From contig JAHPZI010000002.1 of NCBI GenBank assembly GCA_019058295.1, positions 32,001-96,000 of the forward strand: a DNA stretch of 64,000 bases, in the 5' to 3' direction. This DNA is from Promethearchaeota archaeon. GTDB taxonomy: Archaea; Asgardarchaeota; Lokiarchaeia; Sigyniarchaeales; SOKP01. The position numbers and the translations under genes are program-made. Below are positions 40,474 through 49,758 of the stretch, piece after piece. Under the pieces are notes generated by a model. It was not told the DNA's origin, ran no database searches, and saw only the letters and a list, made by a program, of their open reading frames with translations. Each line of letters starts with the position of its first letter. The first letter of the stretch is position 1.

Positions 40474-41298
40474 TTATAAATCAAAAAACCAATCATCTTC
40501 TTCTTCATGGAGAAAATCCATTATTTTTGATAAATCTTTAAGCAATGGTTCAATTGAAACTCGATTTCTCGCTCGTAAATCTATATCCATATCTGAAGAA
40601 AAGATGTCGTCTAATAGACGATCCAACAGACTAACAGATGTTTTTTTGAAATATTTTTCGGGATTGAAAAACAAAGTAAAAAAGATTTCTTCTCCCAAAT
40701 TTAGACTTTCCTTAATGAGTTTATCTTTTTTACGTCGTTCTTTAATTGATTTAAGAAGCTTTTCCTTATATTGCCTTTCCATTATATTTTTTAGCTCACC
40801 AAGAAAGCATTGTTTATTTTGTAGCAACATACTTCTCTCAATTTCTAAACTTCTTACATTATCTTCTATTTCTTTAATTCTTTCACCTAGGAATCTAATT
40901 TTTTTATTAGGTGATTTAATTCTTTGATAATCAGTAGAAAAATCAGTATCTTTGAGTTGAACTATATCGTTATCTCCCTTGATTTCTTCTGAACTATACT
41001 TAATATTGTAATAATGAGGATTTATATCTATTCTTATTGAAAGATTACTCTTAATACAATATTGTCCTCCTGGCTTTTCGGGATCTATTTCTTCAATTAT
41101 ATTATAACTAAGTAGAATTTTTAATTGACTATGAACTGCTTGTCTTGATATTCCTAATTCATTTGCTAATTCTGAAGTGGAGTGAGGAACTTTAGCTAAT
41201 TTTGATAAAATTAATCTTCTCGTTGGGTTTCCCAATATTTCCAATAAATTATCTAAACTGATAAAATTGCTATTTCCTTCACTTTCTTCTACTTCCAT
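40474..41298 (-). CDS. ArsR-type wHTH regulator with coiled coil (heat-shock regulator-like)
   Basis: ILGNPTRRLIL...ELANELGISRQAVHSQLKIL; lies downstream of hsp20-cdc48. Confidence 0.82.
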   Translation of the reverse strand: MEVEESEGNSNFISLDNLLEILGNPTRRLILSKLAKVPHSTSELANELGISRQAVHSQLKILLSYNIIEEIDPEKPGGQYCIKSNLSIRIDINPHYYNIKYSSEEIKGDNDIVQLKDTDFSTDYQRIKSPNKKIRFLGERIKEIEDNVRSLEIERSMLLQNKQCFLGELKNIMERQYKEKLLKSIKERRKKDKLIKESLNLGEEIFFTLFFNPEKYFKKTSVSLLDRLLDDIFSSDMDIDLRARNRVSIEPLLKDLSKIMDFLHEEEDDWFFDL

Positions 41299-41349
41299 CT
41301 AAAAACTCACACTTTTGTTTAATTTTTTTATTTGTATTTAAAATTTTAA

Positions 41350-43572
41350 TCATCTATACATTTCTTCTGGTTCTTTTGCATATCTATCTTGAGCAATTTT
41401 GGCCCGGTCTGCAGATTTTAATACTTTTTCCATAGCATCATCGAATTCCTTTTTTGAAATTTTTACTTTCTTTACTGATTCTGAATCTTGTGAATTAATG
41501 GTAGGATCGGCTAGAGCTCTTCGAATAGTTAACAGAGTTGCTTCTTCGCATATTCCTTGTATATCTGCACCAGTATAATTTTCCATACTTTGTGCCATTT
41601 TATCAATATCAACATCTTTAGCTAAGGGTTTATTTTTAAGATGAATCTTAAATATTTCTTTGCGTGCTTTTTTATCAGGCATTGGTATTTCAATGTGCCT
41701 GCCGAATCTTCCTGAACGTAACATTGCTGGATCGAGCATATCAACCCTATTTGTTGCAGCAAGTAAAATAACATCTTTTAATCCTTCTAATCCATCCATT
41801 TCAGTTAGTAATTGTGATATAACTGATTCAGTTACGTGAGACCCAGCTGATCTTCCCCGTAATCCTGCTATAGCATCAATTTCGTCAAAGAAAACAATAC
41901 AAGGAGATGCTGACCTTGCTTTTCGAAAAGTTTCTCTTACCGCTTTTTCACTTTCGCCGACCCATTTGGATAAAAATTCGGGTCCCTTAACCGAAATAAA
42001 ATTCACTTCGCTCTCATGAGCTAACGCCTTCGCTAATAAAGTTTTCCCAGTTCCAGGAGGTCCATGAAGTAAAATCCCATTTGGAGGCCTTGAATGCAAA
42101 TGGCGATATAATTCAGGATATTTTAAAGGCCACTCGATCACTTCCTTTAATTGTACAATTACCTCTTCTAAACCCCCAATATCTTCCCAAGTTTCAGTAG
42201 GTTGTGTTATCAAGACTTCCCTTAATGCTGAAGGTTCAATACTATTTAACGCAGATTCAAAATGATTCATTTTAATTTGAAGATTGTTTAAAATTTCAGG
42301 GGGGATAGGTCTCTCTAAATCAATTTTTGGCAATATTTCTCTTATTGATAACATTGCCGCTTCTTTTGCCAATGCTTCAACATCTGCTCCAACAAATCCG
42401 TGAGTTTTTTCAGCCATTAATCGTAAATTAACATCATTATATAATGGCATTCCACGCGTGTGAATTAATAATATTTCATATCGTCCATCTGTGTCTGGGA
42501 CTCCAATTTCAATTTCACGGTCAAATCTTCCAGGTCTTCTAAGCGCAGGATCAATATCATTTACTCTATTAGTTGCTCCGATGACAATAATTTCACCTCT
42601 TCCTTCCAAACCATCTAACAAGGAAAGAAGTTGAGCAACAACCCTCCTTTCTACTTCACCAGTTACTTCGCCTCTTTTAGGAGCTATTGAATCTAATTCA
42701 TCAATAAAAATTATTGAAGGGGCGTTATCCTTTGCATCGTCGAAAATTTTGCGAAGATTTTCTTCACTTTGTCCGTAAAATTTGCTCATAATTTCAGGTC
42801 CACTAATCGTTATAAAATGGGCATCAGTCTCGTATGAGACTGCTCTTGCTAACAATGTTTTCCCTGTACCAGGGGGTCCATGAAGCAAAACGCCTTTGGG
42901 AGGATCAATCCCAATTCTTTTGTACAACTCGGGGTGTCTTATGGGTAATTCAATCATTTCACGGATTCTCTGAATTTCTTCTTCTAACCCTCCTATATCC
43001 TCGTAAGTAACTTTTGCTTTCTCTAACTCTATAAGCTCCATATGACTTTTTTCACTAAAAACAACTTTCGTGTCTAAATGAATTCGAACCGCATCAGCTT
43101 TTGGATAAAAATCTACAACTACAAGATCTACTCTACGAGCATAAGCGTAAAAACTTATAAGATCGTCTTTGGTAATTACACGATTCTCTAATTTTCTCGC
43201 CAATTGTTGAGGATTTCTTAATATTACAGCTTCTTTTAATCCCGCAAATGTTACTTTATTTGCTAAGGCAGCTTCTATTTTACGAATTTCCACGATGTCA
43301 TCTAAAGAAGCGCCTAAATTTCTTCTCAAGGATTGATCGATCCGAATTATGCCAGCTCCTTTATCTTCTGACCTTCCAGGGTATAATAAAGCAGCAGTTT
43401 TTTTATTAGTTGTAGGATGGGCTATTTCTACAACATCTCCTGTTTTTATGTTTAATTCTGCCGTTAAATCTGGATCAATTCTTACAATACCCCTTCCAGC
43501 ATCTTCCTTAAAAGCATCTTTTACTCTTAACTTATTCCCCTCTCTTTCATATCCACTTGTAAAACCACTCAT
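41350..43572 (-). CDS. cdc48: CDC48/VCP/p97 AAA+ ATPase
   Basis: N-domain plus two AAA modules, GPPGTGKT twice, [23 protein letters not shown]. Confidence 0.96.
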   Translation of the reverse strand: MSGFTSGYEREGNKLRVKDAFKEDAGRGIVRIDPDLTAELNIKTGDVVEIAHPTTNKKTAALLYPGRSEDKGAGIIRIDQSLRRNLGASLDDIVEIRKIEAALANKVTFAGLKEAVILRNPQQLARKLENRVITKDDLISFYAYARRVDLVVVDFYPKADAVRIHLDTKVVFSEKSHMELIELEKAKVTYEDIGGLEEEIQRIREMIELPIRHPELYKRIGIDPPKGVLLHGPPGTGKTLLARAVSYETDAHFITISGPEIMSKFYGQSEENLRKIFDDAKDNAPSIIFIDELDSIAPKRGEVTGEVERRVVAQLLSLLDGLEGRGEIIVIGATNRVNDIDPALRRPGRFDREIEIGVPDTDGRYEILLIHTRGMPLYNDVNLRLMAEKTHGFVGADVEALAKEAAMLSIREILPKIDLERPIPPEILNNLQIKMNHFESALNSIEPSALREVLITQPTETWEDIGGLEEVIVQLKEVIEWPLKYPELYRHLHSRPPNGILLHGPPGTGKTLLAKALAHESEVNFISVKGPEFLSKWVGESEKAVRETFRKARSASPCIVFFDEIDAIAGLRGRSAGSHVTESVISQLLTEMDGLEGLKDVILLAATNRVDMLDPAMLRSGRFGRHIEIPMPDKKARKEIFKIHLKNKPLAKDVDIDKMAQSMENYTGADIQGICEEATLLTIRRALADPTINSQDSESVKKVKISKKEFDDAMEKVLKSADRAKIAQDRYAKEPEEMYR

Positions 43573-43637
43573 CTTTTTCCCGGTATATTAATTTTTATTT
43601 TCTTTCAATTAATATAATACTATTTATTAATTAAGAT

Positions 43638-44264
43638 TTAATCTTGATTTGTATTCTTTCTAAACTTTAATGTCGCAATCCCGTTATTGACTTCTAAATT
43701 GTAATTCTCCATAGAAATATTAAAGGGTAAATAAATATGCTTAAGATAATGCTTTAGGTCATTTCGAGCAGAAAATGTTATTTTCCTCTCAAATTCGTTT
43801 GAACTTAAGTTAATATCGTCCTTATTTATACCTGGAACTTCAATAATAATCTCATAAGAATTGTCAAAATCGTTAATTTCTGTATATGGTTCTATAACGC
43901 GTGATTCGGTTGTATATATACCAGATTCTGGTTCTAAAGAAAGTTCGCTAGCGTCAATTTCTCCTATTTGCTTAGAATTGAATATATTGTTAAATCTTGA
44001 GTCTACTTCAATATTGTGTTTCTGTAAATATTCTCGAAGTTTTTTCTCATCTATATCACCCTCAATTTTGATTTCTGGCTCATCCATTCCTGATTCATAG
44101 CGATATGAAACTTTAAATCCTCTAGCATTTTTCTTATTAAAATCTAAATCATTATCCGACTCTGGAATAAAAAAGAAATCTGCATCAAAAAATTTTGAAT
44201 TGAACTTAAATAATTTTTTTATATCATCTAAAAATTTATCATAATCATCCGACACTTTCACCAC
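43638..44264 (-). CDS. Hsp20/alpha-crystallin small heat-shock protein
   Basis: EPYTEI...EVPGINKDDI...NNGIATL. Start may be GTG 44255. Confidence 0.8.
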   Translation of the reverse strand: MVKVSDDYDKFLDDIKKLFKFNSKFFDADFFFIPESDNDLDFNKKNARGFKVSYRYESGMDEPEIKIEGDIDEKKLREYLQKHNIEVDSRFNNIFNSKQIGEIDASELSLEPESGIYTTESRVIEPYTEINDFDNSYEIIIEVPGINKDDINLSSNEFERKITFSARNDLKHYLKHIYLPFNISMENYNLEVNNGIATLKFRKNTNQD

Positions 44265-44281
44265 CTTTATTTTTGAGACTC

Positions 44282-44330
44282 TGTCAAGATCTTCTTGTCA
44301 AATAAATAATGACACTCGACCTATAAAAAT
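44282..44330 (-). promoter_or_regulatory. Putative heat-shock operator TGTCA-N9-TGACA with extra half-site, just downstream of the TATA box of the hsp20-cdc48-arsR operon
   Basis: TGTCAA at 44282 and 44296, TGACA at 44310; minus-strand TTTTTATAG at about 44321-44329. Confidence 0.55.
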
Positions 44331-44406
44331 TTATCGCTTTTAAAAAAATAATACCTAAAAGAAACAATTTATTAAAAAAACATTAGAAAATAAAATGAAA
44401 AAATAA

Positions 44407-45483
44407 TTAGATTTTTTTTTTAACTTGTTCTATGACTTCCTTTGTTCGATGGAGCAATTCAAAAGCAATTTGTGGATCTTCCCAACCTCCTAAACCGCAA
44501 TCAGGTCCTATGAATTTTAATCGATCGCCGTATAATTCAATTGCAGTTAATAAATTTTTTCTAATCCTTTCTTTAGGGTCAATTAAGCTTAATTTTCCTG
44601 AAACAGTTTTAAAATCATCTATAGAACTTCCCAAATCTAATTTCTCAGCAATAATGTTATCAATATTGGTTCTAGTGATGCCAACTCGAATAAATTTATC
44701 GTACTGATCCAATTCTTTTTTTGGAATTTTATTGCTCGAATCTGAAGCATATTCACATGTTAACACATCAATCTTTTTTGTCTGCATCGGAAGTATAGCT
44801 TTATTTAAAGTATGAAGATGAATTTGAATTGTGGCATCAACACCTTCTAGAGATTTATCTAAGATATTGATGATATCATCATTGTTTATATTAAACATAT
44901 CAACATAACCGAAGGAAGGCTCATCAATCGCAACGACTGACGTTTTTATATATTTATCATTTACTATCGCACTTTTTATAAAGGAGTTTACTGACCTTGC
45001 AAAATTTAAAGCCAAATCTAAGTATACAGTAAAATTATGCTGTTTAATATATAATTCTAATGGTCCAGTAACACAAATTTTAACATTTAAGGGATGTCCC
45101 GTTTCTTCATAATAATTTTTTGCGAAATTCTTAAGTATAAACAACTCGGGTATAAAAGCTTTTTGAGAATTTATTAAACCCGGGGCAGTTTCGTATTCTG
45201 AAATTGGTTTTAAGAATTGATTGTACATATCTAAATGCTGAGGGTAATTAATTATTTCTACTCCCGCTTTATGTTTTAATTGGAATGAACTAAGAAATGG
45301 ATTTATGAAATAATTATTAATACCTGTATGCTCTAAAATATCATTTTCATTCTTATTAATAAAAGCCTTGTAAGTTACCCAATAGAATTTACGATAATGC
45401 TCGATATCCACATTATTAGGCAGTGGAAAGCTACCAACATCATCAAATAGAGGGAATTCAATCAAATCTGATCTAAAACTCAT
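44407..45483 (-). CDS. Cobalamin-independent methionine synthase, catalytic-domain-only (core MetE-like)
   Basis: DVGSFP, VTGP, IDEP, IHLH, PDCG; no N-terminal folate-binding half. Confidence 0.72.
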   Translation of the reverse strand: MSFRSDLIEFPLFDDVGSFPLPNNVDIEHYRKFYWVTYKAFINKNENDILEHTGINNYFINPFLSSFQLKHKAGVEIINYPQHLDMYNQFLKPISEYETAPGLINSQKAFIPELFILKNFAKNYYEETGHPLNVKICVTGPLELYIKQHNFTVYLDLALNFARSVNSFIKSAIVNDKYIKTSVVAIDEPSFGYVDMFNINNDDIINILDKSLEGVDATIQIHLHTLNKAILPMQTKKIDVLTCEYASDSSNKIPKKELDQYDKFIRVGITRTNIDNIIAEKLDLGSSIDDFKTVSGKLSLIDPKERIRKNLLTAIELYGDRLKFIGPDCGLGGWEDPQIAFELLHRTKEVIEQVKKKI

Positions 45484-45636
45484 TCTAGAATATAATTTGG
45501 ATAATATTGGAAAAATTTCTGAATTTAAAAATCTTTAGGAGAAAGTTATATTATTAAAAGTATGAATTAGTAATGTTTGTTATATTAATGAAATATAATC
45601 TCAATTTTTTTTAAGAAAAAACACATAATTATTATC

Positions 45637-46005
45637 ATGTCACTTGCAAGAAATGATGCTCCAAAAAGTTTTATCCCTATTTTTATGACATGGATTTTCC
45701 TATGTAATATCACAGCAATAATCCTAGCGATTATATGGTATTTTCAATTTCCCGAGAGTTTCAGATTTGATGCAATGGTCTCAATGTATATAATAATTGC
45801 GATAAATGTTCTTAGCATCATTCTATTATATCCCATGCTAAGTATGGATCCAATAACTCCATTTCTAAAGGGAGCAATCATATGGTTTATTGTAATATCG
45901 ATAATATATGTTATTTTGGGTGCTTACATTGCATTAATTCCGGGGACAATCCAATTGCTCGGAGACCTTTGGTTTCATTGGAAGCGTAATAAGCTGATAG
46001 GATAA
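45637..46005 (+). CDS. Small membrane protein
   Basis: 122 aa, three to four hydrophobic helices, upstream of the ABC genes. Confidence 0.65.
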   Translation: MSLARNDAPKSFIPIFMTWIFLCNITAIILAIIWYFQFPESFRFDAMVSMYIIIAINVLSIILLYPMLSMDPITPFLKGAIIWFIVISIIYVILGAYIALIPGTIQLLGDLWFHWKRNKLIG

Positions 46006-46043
46006 ATGGAAAAAAATCGAAAAAAGAATTTGAGAAATAATTT

Positions 46044-46994
46044 ATGTCAGAACTAGCAATAGAAACAAAAAATTTACACTTTACTTATGGAAAAGGTAAA
46101 TCTGCTGTTAATGCGCTTAGAGGCGTAGATTTCAAAATTGCTAAAGGTGAAAATTATTGCTTATTAGGTCCAAATGGATCGGGCAAAACAACACTCATTA
46201 GATGTATTCTTGGTTTATTAAAAGGCGAAGGGTCTATTTGTCTATTAGGTCATGAAATGCCCCGTGATCAGAGTAAAATTGTTTCGCAGATTGGTTATAT
46301 GCCACAAGCAATTTCATTGTACCCTGATTTATCTGTGAAAGAGTCTTTGCACTTTTTCGGAAAGATTTTTGGAATGAATAAGCAAGAAAGAGATGAATCT
46401 GTAGAAAAACATCTTGAGATATTCTTATTAAAAGAATGGAAGAATACTAAGGTTGATAATTTATCTGGGGGTATGAAACGAAGATTATCTTTAGCATGTA
46501 GTCTCATCCATGAACCGAAATTACTTATTTTGGATGAACCCACGGTAGGTGTAGATCCGACCCTTCGGCTAAATTTTTGGGATTATTTTAAAGACTTAAA
46601 CGACCAAGGTACAACGATAATAACAACAACTCATATAATGGATGAGGCTGAAAAAAGCAGAATTATAGGTTTTATGAGAAATGGAAAATTAATTGCTGAA
46701 GGAACGTATCATGAATTAAAAAAAAAAGTTCCAGGGAAAAGGAAATTAATTATTAAGACAAAAGAAGAAGATACAACACAATTAGTAAAAACTATTTACA
46801 GTGAATATCAATTAAAAGTGCTTTCTTCTAAGTTTAAACTTGAAATCTTTTACGATGATGATTCCTTGATTGACAATATATTATCACTTGTAAGAAATCA
46901 AGTTAAAATCTTTTCAATACAGACAGAAGAACCAAGTTTGGAGGATACTTTCATATTCTTTTCGAATGAGAATGAGGTGAAATTCGCAAAATGA
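46044..46994 (+). CDS. ABC transporter ATP-binding protein (ABC-2 exporter)
   Basis: GPNGSGKT, LSGGMKRR, ILDEPT, TTH. Confidence 0.95.
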   Translation: MSELAIETKNLHFTYGKGKSAVNALRGVDFKIAKGENYCLLGPNGSGKTTLIRCILGLLKGEGSICLLGHEMPRDQSKIVSQIGYMPQAISLYPDLSVKESLHFFGKIFGMNKQERDESVEKHLEIFLLKEWKNTKVDNLSGGMKRRLSLACSLIHEPKLLILDEPTVGVDPTLRLNFWDYFKDLNDQGTTIITTTHIMDEAEKSRIIGFMRNGKLIAEGTYHELKKKVPGKRKLIIKTKEEDTTQLVKTIYSEYQLKVLSSKFKLEIFYDDDSLIDNILSLVRNQVKIFSIQTEEPSLEDTFIFFSNENEVKFAK

Positions 46995-48508
46995 AGTTAT
47001 CAAATATTAAAGCAATAGCGATTAAAAATTTTCATCAAATAAAGAGAGACCCACGTATGATCGCTTTATCGGTAATTGCTCCTATAATCATTACAGCATT
47101 ATTCGGGTTTGTATTTGGAGGTGAATTAACCCATATCGAAATTTATATTGTCGACAAGGATAATAACTTTGAAAATGTATTTGCAACTGAAATAATAAAT
47201 AAATTTTCTGAAGATTCAAGAATTCAGTTAAATACTAGTATTTCAGATCCAAATTTAGTTAAAGCAGCAGTAGCAAACAATTTTACTCAAGCAGCAGTGA
47301 TTTTACCAAGTACGTTTACACAAGATACATTGCTTGGTCGTGGCAGCCAAATTGATTTAATTATCGGCAATTTAAGTATTAATGCGTCAAATTATGTTAT
47401 TGCCTCCTTTGAAATTAGTTTTGGTATAATTATGGCAAAATATTTTGGTGCTTCTCAACCTAAAATTGTAATAAAACAGCTTCATGAAGTATCTGATGGT
47501 AAAATACCAGATAAAATCAATGTTTCTCTTTGTAATTATGATTTAGGATGGGCACTCTTACACGACAAACTGTCTGATAAAGTTATTAAGATTTTAAAGG
47601 AAGACGATACGGTTGACATCAAAAAAGTAAAATCAATAAAGGATAATGAAGATGACATTAAAAATGGAAACAAAAGAGGGATGATAATTTTTCCTAAAGA
47701 TTTCACATATGAAGCACTAGTAAATAAGGAGATAAGTGTTGATGTTAGACTTGATGGAGCGGAACCGCAAGCATGTGGAGCAATAATGGGTGCATTAAGT
47801 GAAGCATTGTCTGATTCATTTGAGGACACATTTGATAAAAAATCTTTCAATATTAATGAATATTATTATAATAATATTGATGGAACAGATGAATCTGTTG
47901 ACCCTATTACTTATTTTACACCAGCTATAATTGGTTTTATTGGATTTTTCTTTGGATTTATTTTAACGATGTTATCCTTTATAAGAGAAAGAAAAGAGGG
48001 AACAATGGAAAGGATTTTAACATCACCATTAAAACGTTCTGAAATTATAATTGGTTATATATTATCATTCAGCATATTATCTACAATTCAAGCTGCAGTA
48101 ACGTTGATTGTAGCAATCCTTATTTTTAATGCGCAAATAGAGTTTTCCATATTTATTCTTCTACAAGCCTATTTAATTATATATCTTCTATTATTAACAG
48201 CTCTGGGAATTGGTATTTTTTTATCAACTTTAGCAAAGACTGAATTCCAGATAATCCAATTTATACCCCTAATAATTTTACCTTTTATGTTGTTATCAGG
48301 GGTCTGGTCACCAATAGAAACATTACCTGATTTTCTTCGCCCAATATCATCATTTATACCATTAACATATGCTAATTTAGCTATGCGGGATATATTTCTT
48401 AGAAATGAGACAATTCTAGATATTATTTTACCAATAGGAATTTTAGCATTATCAGCTTTTCTAATGATTTCATTAGGAATTATAAAGCTTAATAAAACAT
48501 TGAAATAA
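46991..48508 (+). CDS. ABC-2 type permease with duplicated extracytoplasmic domain
   Basis: RERKEGTMERILTSP, six transmembrane helices, PLTYA; ATGA overlap with the ATPase gene. Confidence 0.9.
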   Translation: MKLSNIKAIAIKNFHQIKRDPRMIALSVIAPIIITALFGFVFGGELTHIEIYIVDKDNNFENVFATEIINKFSEDSRIQLNTSISDPNLVKAAVANNFTQAAVILPSTFTQDTLLGRGSQIDLIIGNLSINASNYVIASFEISFGIIMAKYFGASQPKIVIKQLHEVSDGKIPDKINVSLCNYDLGWALLHDKLSDKVIKILKEDDTVDIKKVKSIKDNEDDIKNGNKRGMIIFPKDFTYEALVNKEISVDVRLDGAEPQACGAIMGALSEALSDSFEDTFDKKSFNINEYYYNNIDGTDESVDPITYFTPAIIGFIGFFFGFILTMLSFIRERKEGTMERILTSPLKRSEIIIGYILSFSILSTIQAAVTLIVAILIFNAQIEFSIFILLQAYLIIYLLLLTALGIGIFLSTLAKTEFQIIQFIPLIILPFMLLSGVWSPIETLPDFLRPISSFIPLTYANLAMRDIFLRNETILDIILPIGILALSAFLMISLGIIKLNKTLK

Positions 48509-48544
48509 TTTTTTATATTTGCTTATATTAGTAGTTAAAAATCC

Positions 48545-48562
48545 AACAACTAGCTAGTTGTT
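48545..48562. promoter_or_regulatory. Perfect 18-bp palindrome upstream of the TrmB-like regulator
   Basis: AACAACTAGCTAGTTGTT. Confidence 0.5.
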
Positions 48563-48654
48563 AAAAAAATAAATACTTAACTTAAAATACTCAGTATTCT
48601 ATTTATTAATTAAATACAGTTTTATTGAATTAATTAAAGATTAGATTTTAAAAA

Positions 48655-49527
48655 ATGTCTGTTTATAATCCATTTTCTGAATTTAATTTTAACGATGCTG
48701 AAGAAAACATTTACAAATTACTAATTCAATTATCTTTAATTCCAAGAAAAGATTCAAAAAGTACCTACCACAAAATAAAAGCGACTGACTTGGTAGAATT
48801 CTCAAAGTATTCAAAACCAAAAGTATATGATATCATTAAGAGATTAGAAGAAAAAAGATTGATCCAGATTGATAATACTCGTCCTAAATTTGTAAAACCT
48901 ATAGAACCTGCGATTTCAATCGAGAATTTATTAAAATCGCGGAAAATTGAATTAGAAAAAGCTTCTGAATCCATAATCAATGAAATTAAATCATTACCCA
49001 AGCTGGACATTAATTACCCATTCAGTGAAGTACCCCCTCTCTCTTTCATAACAGGTTTAGAAGAATATCATAAACTTATGAGAACTATTTTACAAGGAGC
49101 AAAAGATGAAATTATCCTAATAATAGCATATCTATTAAAATATGAAGAGGATCTTTTGCGAGATTATATACAAAAAGCTGTCACAAAGGGTATAAAAGTG
49201 AGGATTCTATATGGAGGTCCACCTAAGTTTAGGATCTACTTTAGAAAGGAGATACTTGAACCGATTGGTTTGGAAGATGGTCAGACAACCACTGAAATTG
49301 ATGTTAAAGCAATTAATTTTGCCCCTCCTATAAGAATGACAATGGTTGATAATCGGGAATTAATTATGACGTTAATTAAAACTAATGTGAAAAATAAAAG
49401 AATAAACATCGAAGAAGCTTCTGCACTTTTTTCAGATCATGAAGAGCTCCTTGAATATACACGTCGCACTTATATTCTCTTAAGACCGACAGCAGATGCA
49501 CAACTTGCTGCGAAACTTAAAGGATAA
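48655..49527 (+). CDS. TrmB-family transcriptional regulator
   Basis: SKPKVYDIIKRLEEKRLI wHTH; PLD-like effector domain (AKDEI, GIKVRIL, MVDNRE). Confidence 0.85.
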   Translation: MSVYNPFSEFNFNDAEENIYKLLIQLSLIPRKDSKSTYHKIKATDLVEFSKYSKPKVYDIIKRLEEKRLIQIDNTRPKFVKPIEPAISIENLLKSRKIELEKASESIINEIKSLPKLDINYPFSEVPPLSFITGLEEYHKLMRTILQGAKDEIILIIAYLLKYEEDLLRDYIQKAVTKGIKVRILYGGPPKFRIYFRKEILEPIGLEDGQTTTEIDVKAINFAPPIRMTMVDNRELIMTLIKTNVKNKRINIEEASALFSDHEELLEYTRRTYILLRPTADAQLAAKLKG

Positions 49528-49758
49528 GAATATTAATGAGATATGAAAATAATAAAAATATAAGTTAATTTTTATAATGGGTTAATTTAATTTCTGAACC
49601 TTGAAAGCTTTAAAAACTCAATTTATATTTAAAGAAATGCTCTTAAATAGGTAGAAACTATAAATACTTATTTCTTCTAGTGTAACTTGAAGAATATTAC
49701 AGATCTTTCTAGAAATGTTTATTTTTTTAGCAGATTCTAATTCTAATTGTGATGAAAA

